This document shows, piece after piece, positions 1 through 8,842 of a stretch of DNA of 64,000 nucleotides (positions within the stretch are counted from its first letter, which is position 1; the number at the start of each line of letters is the position of its first letter). The position numbers and the translations under genes were made by a program. The DNA is from Candidatus Latescibacterota bacterium (lineage in GTDB: Bacteria; Latescibacterota; UBA2968). The stretch is taken from assembly GCA_965204745.1 (NCBI GenBank), contig OZ242010.1, positions 3,008,001-3,072,000 of the forward strand, written 5' to 3'. The notes beneath the pieces were generated by a model. That model did not search any database. It was not told where the DNA came from and saw only the letters and a list, made by a program, of their open reading frames with translations.

Positions 1-765
1 ATTGGTATCGATGCCGATGTAGTTGCGTTTTAATCGTTTCGCGGCCACGGCAGTTGTTCCCGAACCGATAAAAGGGTCCAATACCCTATCATCTGCCTGC
101 GTGAAGAGTTTGATGAACCACGTTGGCAAATTTTCGGGAAAGGCCGCGCTGTGATTGCGATTGGAACATTCAGTCGCCAAATGAATGACGTTTGTGGGAT
201 ACACTTTGTCTCTGCCCACCCAATTGGACACATTTTTGCCAAATCCACTCTCGGCTTTCGATTCGTCCCTTTTTTGGTCGGTTTCGCTCAAGTTGTTCAA
301 CCGCTTCTTTGCCCACTCCCCGACTGGCACCATAACCGCTTCTTGGTACATCCGGAAATTTCGGTGTTTGTTAAACTGCAAGAGTCTCTCCCACGAATCT
401 CGAAAGCGATTGGGCCATTTTCCCGGATATGAATTTTTCTTGTGCCACATAAATTCTTCTGTCCACAGCCAACCTTGCTCTCTCATCTTCAAAATCAATT
501 CTATGACGTACGTATGGCGTTCTCCGTTGACAACCCGCTCTTTGATATTGAGAATAAAGGTTCCGGTGGGTTTTAATACGCGCAAGAATTGTTCGGCTTT
601 GGGGAGAAACCAATCGACATAGTCCCCTGGCTTGACGCCCCCATAAGTATTCGCCCTGCGATCCGCATACGGGGGAGACGTGAAAATGAGATCGACAGCG
701 TTCTCCGGCCATTTTTTCAATACGTCTTCGCAATCGCCGTGAATGATTTGATTTACAAAATCCAT
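1..765 (-). CDS. Site-specific DNA methyltransferase, beta class (probably N4-cytosine), partial: runs off the window edge
   Basis: Hand-translated (not in the ORF track): MDFVNQIIHGDCEDVLKKWPENAVDLIFTSPPY...HSAAFPENL...VLDPFIGSGTTAVAAKRLKRNYIGID. Motif IV SPPY precedes motif I DPFxGSGT; GGAG upstream. Confidence 0.9.
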   Translation of the reverse strand, partial: MDFVNQIIHGDCEDVLKKWPENAVDLIFTSPPYADRRANTYGGVKPGDYVDWFLPKAEQFLRVLKPTGTFILNIKERVVNGERHTYVIELILKMREQGWLWTEEFMWHKKNSYPGKWPNRFRDSWERLLQFNKHRNFRMYQEAVMVPVGEWAKKRLNNLSETDQKRDESKAESGFGKNVSNWVGRDKVYPTNVIHLATECSNRNHSAAFPENLPTWFIKLFTQADDRVLDPFIGSGTTAVAAKRLKRNYIGIDTN

Positions 766-816
766 CCCATCTTTCTCCATTCAGCAACGGCCTCCCCGAC
801 TGCATGGCGGTTTCGC

Positions 817-1122
817 TTACGCGGCTTTGGGGTCTGAACTTTTGGCGTCGGGGGTCTTTTTGGACTTCGATTTTTTAGCGTCCGATTTTTTGCCGCTCTC
901 GGCTTCCTTGTCTTTTTTCGCCGCCTCTTTGTAGCCTTCGCTGCGGTAGTCCGTGATGTAAAAGCCCGATCCCCTAAAAATGAGACCCGCGCCGCCGCTG
1001 ATGAGGCGTTCAACTTCGCGCTCCCCGCATTCGGGACAGATGCGAATGGGGTCCGCGGTGATGGCGTGAAAGGCTTCAAATTCATGCTCGCATGCGGTAC
1101 ACGCATATTCATACGTCGGCAT
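817..1122 (-). CDS. FmdB-family zinc-ribbon protein
   Basis: MPTYEYACTAC...CPECG...IFRGSGFYITDY signature with Lys-rich tail; start moved to MPTY. Confidence 0.88.
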   Translation of the reverse strand: MPTYEYACTACEHEFEAFHAITADPIRICPECGEREVERLISGGAGLIFRGSGFYITDYRSEGYKEAAKKDKEAESGKKSDAKKSKSKKTPDAKSSDPKAA

Positions 1123-1285
1123 AACAAATCCTCTGTGTTGAGGTGATGGTGAACAGAGTCCCATGCAGCACAGTGCCCGATAGCCACGCACGCACTAGAT
1201 TTCAACTTTGGGGTATTGCTCGAGAAGACACTCTGATGCAACAAGGGCATTATCGTCTATGAAATAGCTTTCAGCGATTTAGCCC

Positions 1286-1789
1286 TTACGGACCGGTTGA
1301 CAGATTTTCGCCCATACAAGGTGTAATCCAGCCTTGGAGAATGATCACCAAGATCAGCGAGACTGCGCCAATATAAAGCAAGTACAAATTGGTCAAAAAA
1401 AAGCGCCCACTTCCTTCACTGGTGCCTGCTTGTTTCCAAGTATTTGGAAATAATCCCGATTTCGCATCATCATAAACCCCTGGCTGGTAAAGTTTCAGCG
1501 CATCTTCAATACGTGCCAAAACCCTCTGTTGAGCTTTGAATCCTTTCATAATATCTCTCAGATATGATCGGTGAAACACCAAAACGATAATTGCGATCAC
1601 GCTCACCACAACGACTTTTTGAATGAGTGACAAGGTTATGTTTTCTTTTATGATCCAGCCAATTATTGCAAAACAAATCCCCATGAACCAAAGACACGTT
1701 TTATGGACACGTTCCCGCATGATATGGATAGCTTTATGACGGGCTTCGGCGCTGGCAAGCAAAACCTGGATTTTCGCCTGTTCTTCCAT
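1286..1789 (-). CDS. Three-transmembrane protein, putative CBASS effector
   Basis: Three hydrophobic segments (LWFMGICFAIIGWII, VVVVSVIAIIVLVF, LYLLYIGAVSLILVIIL); last gene of the low-GC CD-NTase operon. Confidence 0.7.
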   Translation of the reverse strand: MEEQAKIQVLLASAEARHKAIHIMRERVHKTCLWFMGICFAIIGWIIKENITLSLIQKVVVVSVIAIIVLVFHRSYLRDIMKGFKAQQRVLARIEDALKLYQPGVYDDAKSGLFPNTWKQAGTSEGSGRFFLTNLYLLYIGAVSLILVIILQGWITPCMGENLSTGP

Positions 1790-2204
1790 TTTTTTCCTTT
1801 AAGCGTCTTTTGCCATTTTGATGAGGGACTTCTTCGCCATACCATTCACCTTCTTTTGTCCAATACTCGTAGCAAAAAAGCCAGAAAGCTGCCCAAGGAA
1901 CAATGGTCTGGGCAATGATCTTATCTTCTGACCACAGCCAATCTGGAGGGTAATACAGACAAAGAGATTTGTCCTGATAGCGATGAGGGGCATCATGGAC
2001 AATTCTGGGTTTAGTCACAAAAACAATAGGGCTTATTGGGCCTCGATAGCGAATATCTACCTTATAGTCGGGAGAATCCTGTTGGGGTCTCAACGTTCCT
2101 CGCCAGCGAGAGCGTTCATATTTGAATTGAGGAAAATACGCTTTCATCCAGTAGATTTGAAGCCCTATATCTGGCTTAGACCTGGGAATCCAAATGCGTT
2201 TCAT
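1734..2204 (-). CDS. Prokaryotic E2 (ubiquitin-conjugating-like) protein of a short type II CBASS
   Basis: W-G-L-P...Y-V-I-Y...PH-Y....LCLYYP...W.....IA-TIVPW...WL..YE-W...G-W-G-E pattern; ATGA overlap with the CD-NTase stop. Confidence 0.8.
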   Translation of the reverse strand: MKRIWIPRSKPDIGLQIYWMKAYFPQFKYERSRWRGTLRPQQDSPDYKVDIRYRGPISPIVFVTKPRIVHDAPHRYQDKSLCLYYPPDWLWSEDKIIAQTIVPWAAFWLFCYEYWTKEGEWYGEEVPHQNGKRRLKEKNGRTGENPGFACQRRSPS

Positions 2205-3250
2205 GATCCGTATGACCTATGTTTTGGCACAGAGACACTTCTGCCGCCTTCTGGCTTGTCCAAAGTAATCTCTCCGCTGGCTTTGACAGAGACGCCACCA
2301 ACTCCCACAGCCTCCGCCATTTTTGCCCCACCGCTTAACGTTTTTGGAAAATAGGAATCGCCGAATAATTCCTGCCAGAACTTGATGTTTTTTTCTTTTT
2401 CTTCTTCCTCATAGGCTTGGCGAGCCTTTCGCGTTGCCCAATCAAATCTCTTTTTGAACAGCGCAAAGTGCTCGCTGTCCCAATTTTCCGCCAGATCTTC
2501 GGATTCTAATGAAGGATTGCAAACCTGTGGTTTGGACAGGCAATTTTTTAAGTTGCGATTCAACGCCTCCATAACATCAACCAAGGTCTCTGCATCAGAG
2601 GGAGAACCGACAACATCCCCTGTCTCGAAACAACGACCAACAAGCGTCGTGAGAATGATTGACTTTGGGGCGGTATCTCTGCCCATCTTTAGATTTCGCC
2701 AGTGCTTCAACATTTTCACAATTCTACAAAATTTGCCCCCTGATTTAGCATCGACAGATTTTACCCATTCAATATACCCCATCGGATTAGTACGCTTCCA
2801 AGGTGTCCATTCCTCTTTTGTGGGAATCAGTATGGATCCTGTTTTCTCGCTTTGAGCAGGCACAACATCGAGGTGAAATTCACCGGCATAATTAATCCTA
2901 ACACATCGGTTCTTTTCGCGCACTTTGCCTCTGAAGTTGTGGTTATTTCTCAAGCGGTTGGCAAACCACCGGATCACCTTTGAAGGTTCTTGTCTCTCTC
3001 TGGACCATTCTGAAATATCCAGCACGATAACCGCATCTGCATCAAACTTATCTCCTTTCTTAATCGGTATAACCGCGGTGTTAATCGCCACCGATCCTTG
3101 CTGAAAAAGAGCAACTTTGACATCAGAAATCGGAACATCAGCATCAGAAAACATCTCTAAATTTGACATTGCTGATGCAATCCGCTCGCGACGTCTCTTT
3201 TTGAGACTGATTTGATAGTGAAACTGCTTGAAGTGTTTGTTAAGTTTCAT
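2201..3250 (-). CDS. cGAS/DncV-like nucleotidyltransferase (CD-NTase, SMODS; CdnG-like)
   Basis: QGS...FDADAV, KNRCVRINYAGEFHLDVVPA, TNP-GY-EW, VKMLKHWR, PKSIILTTL, NPS...EDLA..W; C-terminus HRSYGS. Confidence 0.9.
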   Translation of the reverse strand: MKLNKHFKQFHYQISLKKRRRERIASAMSNLEMFSDADVPISDVKVALFQQGSVAINTAVIPIKKGDKFDADAVIVLDISEWSRERQEPSKVIRWFANRLRNNHNFRGKVREKNRCVRINYAGEFHLDVVPAQSEKTGSILIPTKEEWTPWKRTNPMGYIEWVKSVDAKSGGKFCRIVKMLKHWRNLKMGRDTAPKSIILTTLVGRCFETGDVVGSPSDAETLVDVMEALNRNLKNCLSKPQVCNPSLESEDLAENWDSEHFALFKKRFDWATRKARQAYEEEEKEKNIKFWQELFGDSYFPKTLSGGAKMAEAVGVGGVSVKASGEITLDKPEGGRSVSVPKHRSYGS

Positions 3251-3440
3251 CTAACAGCTCCTTTCGGATAAGGGTAATGTGACTATGGACATGCTATCTA
3301 TTAAGCAATATACATGCCAGTGAGCCTGAAAATTTGCAATTTGATATAGAACAAGGGGTTATGTTTGGATGGGGATTTTGGGGATTTTGGTCGGGTTGTC
3401 AGAGTGTCCGAAGTTTTGCCAGATTGTCAACGATGGGCGC

Positions 3441-3476
3441 GAAAAACGGGCCGCACTGTCAGGATGCGGCCCGTTT
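3441..3476 (-). terminator. Rho-independent terminator after sucC
   Basis: 12-bp stem AAACGGGCCGCA/TGCGGCCCGTTT, followed by a T run on the minus strand. Confidence 0.75.
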
Positions 3477-3543
3477 CTGTTTGGGATGCGGGAGGCGTTT
3501 TTCGCGTCCTTGAACCGATAGCCCCGCCCGTGTGTGGATCACA

Positions 3544-4710
3544 TTATGCCGCGCGTTGCACTGCGGCGACGACGGCCTCGGCGGCTTCTTTGAGTTTTCG
3601 GGCGACGGCAAATTCGAGGCCCGAGTTTTCGAGAATTTGCGCGCCTTCTTCTGCGTTGGTGCCTTGCAGGCGAATGACCAGGGGCACGTCGATTTCGATG
3701 TCTGTGAGGGCCTCGACAACGCCCTCGGCCACGCGGTCACAGCGCACGATGCCGCCGAAAATGTTGATGAGCACGGCTTTGACGTCGCTGTCGGACGTGA
3801 GAATCCGCATGGCGTTTTTGACGCGCTCGACATTGGTGCCGCCGCCCACGTCGAGAAAATTGGCAGGGGATGATCCCGCGTATTTGACGATGTCCATCGT
3901 CGCCATCGCCAGGCCCGCGCCGTTGACCATGCAACCGACTTCGCCGTCGAGTTTGATGTAGTTGAGTGCGAATTGCGAGGCTTCGACCTCGAGGGGTTCT
4001 TCTTCATCCAAGTCGCGCAGGGCTTGGATGTGCGGATGGCGGTACAGGGCGTTGTCGTCGAAATTCATCTTGGCGTCCAAGGCCAGGACGTCGCCGGTTT
4101 TGGACACGACCAGGGGATTGATTTCCGCGAGCGAGCAATCGGTTTCCGCGTACGCCTTGTAGAGGGCGGTGATGAATGCGACGCCCTGCTTGAGTTGATC
4201 GCCTGAAAGCCCGAGGCCGAGCGCGAGGCGCCGCGCTTGAAAGGGCTGGAGGCCCACGCCCGGATGCACCTCTTCTTTTAGGATTTGCTCCGGCGTGGTC
4301 GCGGCCACCTCTTCGATGTCCATGCCGCCAGCGCGCGAGGCCATCACCACGAGGCGCGATTGTGCGCGGTCGAGCACGATGCCCAAGTACAATTCGTGGT
4401 CGATGTCCGTGGCCTGCTCCACCCAAACGGATTTGACCTCTTGCCCTTCGGGCCCGGTTTGCGGGGTAACGAGGTGCATGCCCAAAATTTCAGACGCCAC
4501 CCGTTTGGCTTCGGCCGGGTCGGCAGCGAGTTTGATGCCGCCGCCTTTGCCGCGCCCACCGGCGTGGATCTGCGCCTTGACGACCACTTGTCCGCCGAGG
4601 GCTTGGGCGATGGCCTCGGCATCTTCAGCCGTGCGGGCAACCCCGCCTTCGGGCACGGGCACGCCAAAGGATTTGAGGATTTCCTTGGCTTGGTATTCGT
4701 GAATTTTCAT
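3544..4710 (-). CDS. sucC: Succinate--CoA ligase (ADP-forming) beta subunit
   Basis: MKIHEYQAKE, VVKAQIHAGGRGKGGG, GCMVNGAGLAMATMD, NIFGGIVRCD. Confidence 0.97.
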   Translation of the reverse strand: MKIHEYQAKEILKSFGVPVPEGGVARTAEDAEAIAQALGGQVVVKAQIHAGGRGKGGGIKLAADPAEAKRVASEILGMHLVTPQTGPEGQEVKSVWVEQATDIDHELYLGIVLDRAQSRLVVMASRAGGMDIEEVAATTPEQILKEEVHPGVGLQPFQARRLALGLGLSGDQLKQGVAFITALYKAYAETDCSLAEINPLVVSKTGDVLALDAKMNFDDNALYRHPHIQALRDLDEEEPLEVEASQFALNYIKLDGEVGCMVNGAGLAMATMDIVKYAGSSPANFLDVGGGTNVERVKNAMRILTSDSDVKAVLINIFGGIVRCDRVAEGVVEALTDIEIDVPLVIRLQGTNAEEGAQILENSGLEFAVARKLKEAAEAVVAAVQRAA

Positions 4711-4729
4711 CGTTGGCTCCTTTCCAATG

Positions 4730-5821
4730 TCAAACCGCATATCTCGCCAGCACATCGCGGTCGATTTCAATGCCCAGCCCCGGCGCGTCCGGGATGGGCA
4801 CCGCGCCATCCACGGCGCGAATCGGGTTGCGGGCCAATTCGGTTCGCAACCCGTTTTCCGTCATGTCGTATTCAAACAAGGAGGGGAGAGGATGGAGCAC
4901 CTCCGGCGCGTCCGGGATGGTGGCTTGCCAATGCACAGTGGCGGCCAGGCGGATATGCCCGCCCCACATGTGCGGCAACACGCGCACGTAATTCGCGCTC
5001 GCCATCGCCGCGATCTTGCGGCATTCGCTAAACCCGCCCGCAATGCTGATATCGGGTTGCACGATATCCAAGGCGCGTTGCTGGATCAACTCGCGGAACG
5101 CCCATCGCCCGGCCAGGCCCTCGGCGCCTGCAATGCGGATGGGCAGCGCGCGTTTGACCGCCAAGTACCCGCGCACATCGTCGGTGGGCAAAGGCTCTTC
5201 GTACCAAAACAAATCGTTGTGCGCGATCTTCTGCCCCACGTCAATAGCCGTGCCCACGTCATAGCCGCAGTTGGCATCCACGGCAAACAACACCCGATCA
5301 CCAATGGCCTGCCGGATCGCGGTGGCGTTTTTGACATCGTAAGCCGCGCCAAATCCGATCTTCATTTTTATCGCGGGAAACCCCAGATCGACGTATTTCT
5401 TCGCCTCATCCACGAGCACCTGCGTCACATCCGGGCGGTCCTTGCAAAATAACCCGCTGGCATACGCGGGAATTTCGTCTCGCACCTTCCCGCCCAAGAG
5501 TTGATAGATGGGCATCTGCAAGGCTTTGCCCATCAAATCCCACAGCGCGATGTCGATGCCGCTGATCGCACGCGGACTGACCCCATCGTCAAACAACGCC
5601 TGCCAAATCGCGCCGCAATCAAACGGGCTATGTCCGATGATCCGCGCTTCAACCGCGGCCCTCGGCACTTCGCCCGAGCCCTCGCCCCAACCGACCAAGC
5701 CATTGTCCGTCATGATCTCGACGATCTGCGCGTTCCTACTCGTGGACCACCCCCGCGAGTTTGCGAACTTTTCCCGCAGTGGATACCGCAAGCGATGGGT
5801 TTTGACGTCGGTGATTTTCAT
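4730..5821 (-). CDS. Mandelate racemase/muconate lactonizing enzyme family protein
   Basis: GIDIALWDLMGK, KMKIG, VDAN, WYEEP, GAEG, QPD. Confidence 0.92.
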   Translation of the reverse strand: MKITDVKTHRLRYPLREKFANSRGWSTSRNAQIVEIMTDNGLVGWGEGSGEVPRAAVEARIIGHSPFDCGAIWQALFDDGVSPRAISGIDIALWDLMGKALQMPIYQLLGGKVRDEIPAYASGLFCKDRPDVTQVLVDEAKKYVDLGFPAIKMKIGFGAAYDVKNATAIRQAIGDRVLFAVDANCGYDVGTAIDVGQKIAHNDLFWYEEPLPTDDVRGYLAVKRALPIRIAGAEGLAGRWAFRELIQQRALDIVQPDISIAGGFSECRKIAAMASANYVRVLPHMWGGHIRLAATVHWQATIPDAPEVLHPLPSLFEYDMTENGLRTELARNPIRAVDGAVPIPDAPGLGIEIDRDVLARYAV

Positions 5822-5851
5822 GGGAGTGTCCCCTGTGGTTGCCTCTCGCCG

Positions 5852-8749
5852 CTATTGCACGAACAGATCGTCCAATGTGACGGGTGTGACTGTGCCGAGG
5901 GCGTCGAGGGTGCTGAGGTCGAATTTGGAGGTGTCGCCCATGATGGAGATGAGTTTGGGACGCTTGGCGATGTGCTGTTTGTGGAAGTCGAGCACGAGCG
6001 GGAACTCGGCTTGGCGGATGTGCGCGAATCGCGCCTCGCGCGGGTCGGGCGTTTGGTCGCGCCGTTCCCATGTTCGCAGGACGCCGGGCAGGTCGCGGAA
6101 TTTGATTTTGGCGACGCGATACCGGTTGATCACCGAGTTTTTGGCGTCGTCAAACCGCTCGGGCGATTCGGGCAAGTCGTCGATCAATTCGACCAATGCG
6201 GTCACGGCTTCGGGGGTTTTGTCGGCTTGGCAACCGATATAGCCCCACATCACGTTTGGATCATGGCTGCGATTGCCCAAGTCGTAGCGGGCAAACGTGG
6301 CGTAGGCCAAGGCGCGGGCCTCGCGCAATTCCTGAAACACGATACCGGACATGCCCCCAGAAAAATAATCGTTGTACAGGTCGATAGCCGGGCGCAAAGT
6401 CGCGTCGAACGCGCCGTCGCCAAATTCGACAAAGACTTGGGATTGCGCGGTTTCTTTGTGAAAAAAGCGGATTTCGGTTTTGTCCGGCGCGCGCACGACG
6501 AAGTGCTGATATGGCGGCGGCGTTTTGAGGTCGCCGTCGACCGCGAGGTGCTTTTTGACCGCGGCGAGGACTTCCGCGATGGGTTTGGACCCCGCGTAGA
6601 TCAAGGTGTGTTCGTACGCGGGCAGCCCAGAGATGAGGCCGTGCAGGTCTGCGACCAGGAGTTTTTGCAGGGCCTCGGCAGAGATGCGGCGTTTGTACGA
6701 GGAGTGATCCCCGTAGCGACTGTAGTAGCGCAGGGCATTGCGGATGGCGCTGGGGTCCTTTTTCTGGTCTTCGCGTTGCGCGAGGGTGATTTTGACGAGC
6801 TCGTCCAGCGTGGCCTGATCCGCCGTCGGGTTCTGGATGTATTTCACCATCAGCGCGAGGGAGGCGTCGAAATTTTCATCCAAGCCGGAAATGCGGATAT
6901 TGGTTTCGTTGTCCGACACGCCGATGCCGAAGTCCGTGCCGAGTTTGTACCATTCCTTTTTGAGCGCGTCCGGAGACAGGTCGCCTGCGCCGGATTTGTC
7001 CATGAGTGCGCGGGCCGTGCCCAGGCGGTTGTCCTGATACGCGCCGATATCCACGCTGAGGCTGAAGGCGAAGAGGTCGTTGACCGGGTTTTTGACGTAA
7101 TAGAGTTTGACGCCGTCGCGCACGTCGGCTATCGCGTAGTCTTTGTCCGTGACGAATACGGGCGTGAGTTCCTCTGCGGGCAGGGCCAAGACATCTTTGG
7201 CAAAGGCGGATTGCCGCGTGGGGTCGATGTCGATTTTGTCGATTTTGGGCTTGTCGATTTTGGGCAAGTCGTGTTGTTCGTCAATGCGATAGCCCGCGAC
7301 ATAGTGCTCGCCAAAGTAGTGGTTGGCAACGCGCACGACATCTTCGCGGGTGAGTTTGTCCATGCGGGCGAGTTCTGCGACCTCGCGATCCCAGTCGGCA
7401 AATCCCAAGAACGCACTCGTCATTTGCCGGACCCGGCCCGCGTTGGATTCCAAGCCGCGCTTTTGCGATTTCTTGAAATCCGTGACGATGGCTGCGAGCA
7501 GGCTTTCGTCAAATTCGCCGCGTTTGATCATGGCGATTTGATCCAGCAGGAGGCGCTCGACCTCGGCGAGGGTTTGCCCCTTTTTGGGAATGCCCCACAG
7601 GTATTGCGCGCCGTAATCGTTGAGCAAGTAGGGATAGCTGCCCGCGCGCCTGACTTGTTGCTGTTGTACGAGGTTGAGGTTGATGAGGCCCGCGGTGCGG
7701 TTGTCCAAGATCATGTCGATGAGCTTCAAGGCTTCGGCGTCTTGGTGGTTGCGGTGGTTTGTGCGAAACGCGAGCAACACGTATTCCTCGCCCTGAAATT
7801 TGACGGTGTCGCGCTCCACGCTATGGATGGGCGGCTCGTCCCAGGTGTCGACCGCGGGCAGGTCTTTGGCTTCCCACGCGGAGAAGTGGTCGTCGATGAG
7901 TTGGATGGTCGCGTCAATGTCGATGTCGCCGGAGATGCTGATCGCCATGTTGTTGGGCACGTAATAGGTGTCGTAGAACTGATACATGTTTTTCAGAGAG
8001 GGATTTTTGAGGTGCTCCACCTCGCCAATCGTGGTTTGCTGGCCGTAGGGGTGATTTTTGTACAGGCGTTTGTTCACGGCTGTGCTGATGAGGCGGCTCT
8101 TGTTGTCTAAGGTGCGGTTTTTTTCCTCATAGACGACTTCGAGTTCGGGTTGAAACAGGCGAAAGACCGGGGTTTGAAATCGCTCGGATTCGATTTTTGC
8201 CCAGTGCTTGAGATAGTTGCTGGGCAATCCCACTTTGTACACGGTTTCTTCGTGCCAGGTGTGCGCGTTCAAGCCGGTTTCGCCCATGGCCTTGTAGAGT
8301 TTGTCGAGTTCGTTGGGGATGGCGTATTGCGCGGCCAGTTGAGACGCTTTGTTGATCTCGGCGTAGATGGCTTCGCGTTTTGCCGGGTCCGTTTCGCCAA
8401 AGTGTTGTTCGTACAACGCGACGATGCGGTCGAGATGCGCGCGTTCTTTTTCGTAATCCAGCGTTCCCATATTTCGCGTGCCCTTAAAGAGCATGTGTTC
8501 CAAGTAGTGCGCGAGGCCCGTGGATTCGGCGGGATCGTGCTTGCTGCCCGCGCGCACCGAGATTTCAGCGTAAAACCGCGGTTCCTCGCGGTTTTCCGAG
8601 AGATAGACCGTCAGGCCGTTGTCGAGTTTGTAGATGTGTGCGGCCATCGGGTCGTCGGGATTGGGCGCGTTGACGCGCTTGAACCCGGCAAAGACGGGCG
8701 AAGCGAGCAGTGAAAGGGCGAGCAGCGAGAGGGCGAATGATTTAAGCAT
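5852..8749 (-). CDS. M16 (insulinase-family) zinc peptidase with signal peptide
   Basis: GLAHYLEHMLFKG inverted zinc motif; FQELREARALAY; hydrophobic N-terminus. Confidence 0.93.
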   Translation of the reverse strand: MLKSFALSLLALSLLASPVFAGFKRVNAPNPDDPMAAHIYKLDNGLTVYLSENREEPRFYAEISVRAGSKHDPAESTGLAHYLEHMLFKGTRNMGTLDYEKERAHLDRIVALYEQHFGETDPAKREAIYAEINKASQLAAQYAIPNELDKLYKAMGETGLNAHTWHEETVYKVGLPSNYLKHWAKIESERFQTPVFRLFQPELEVVYEEKNRTLDNKSRLISTAVNKRLYKNHPYGQQTTIGEVEHLKNPSLKNMYQFYDTYYVPNNMAISISGDIDIDATIQLIDDHFSAWEAKDLPAVDTWDEPPIHSVERDTVKFQGEEYVLLAFRTNHRNHQDAEALKLIDMILDNRTAGLINLNLVQQQQVRRAGSYPYLLNDYGAQYLWGIPKKGQTLAEVERLLLDQIAMIKRGEFDESLLAAIVTDFKKSQKRGLESNAGRVRQMTSAFLGFADWDREVAELARMDKLTREDVVRVANHYFGEHYVAGYRIDEQHDLPKIDKPKIDKIDIDPTRQSAFAKDVLALPAEELTPVFVTDKDYAIADVRDGVKLYYVKNPVNDLFAFSLSVDIGAYQDNRLGTARALMDKSGAGDLSPDALKKEWYKLGTDFGIGVSDNETNIRISGLDENFDASLALMVKYIQNPTADQATLDELVKITLAQREDQKKDPSAIRNALRYYSRYGDHSSYKRRISAEALQKLLVADLHGLISGLPAYEHTLIYAGSKPIAEVLAAVKKHLAVDGDLKTPPPYQHFVVRAPDKTEIRFFHKETAQSQVFVEFGDGAFDATLRPAIDLYNDYFSGGMSGIVFQELREARALAYATFARYDLGNRSHDPNVMWGYIGCQADKTPEAVTALVELIDDLPESPERFDDAKNSVINRYRVAKIKFRDLPGVLRTWERRDQTPDPREARFAHIRQAEFPLVLDFHKQHIAKRPKLISIMGDTSKFDLSTLDALGTVTPVTLDDLFVQ

Positions 8750-8842
8750 GGCGAACTCCTTTTAAAGTGGGTGTGGGATGACGATCCTCCCCGTCTCGGA
8801 GCAGGGGAGTCGGTTACAATATACAAAGTCCAAGGCTCGTGT

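Noticed and set aside
3251-3543. Absence of sucD after sucC as evidence of disruption by CBASS
   Set aside because: sucC has its own terminator, and sucC/sucD are often unlinked.
5501-8110. 869-aa plus-strand ORF and many other long alternative-frame ORFs
   Set aside because: Antisense shadows of well-supported genes (here the M16 peptidase), expected with high GC3; no recognisable motifs.
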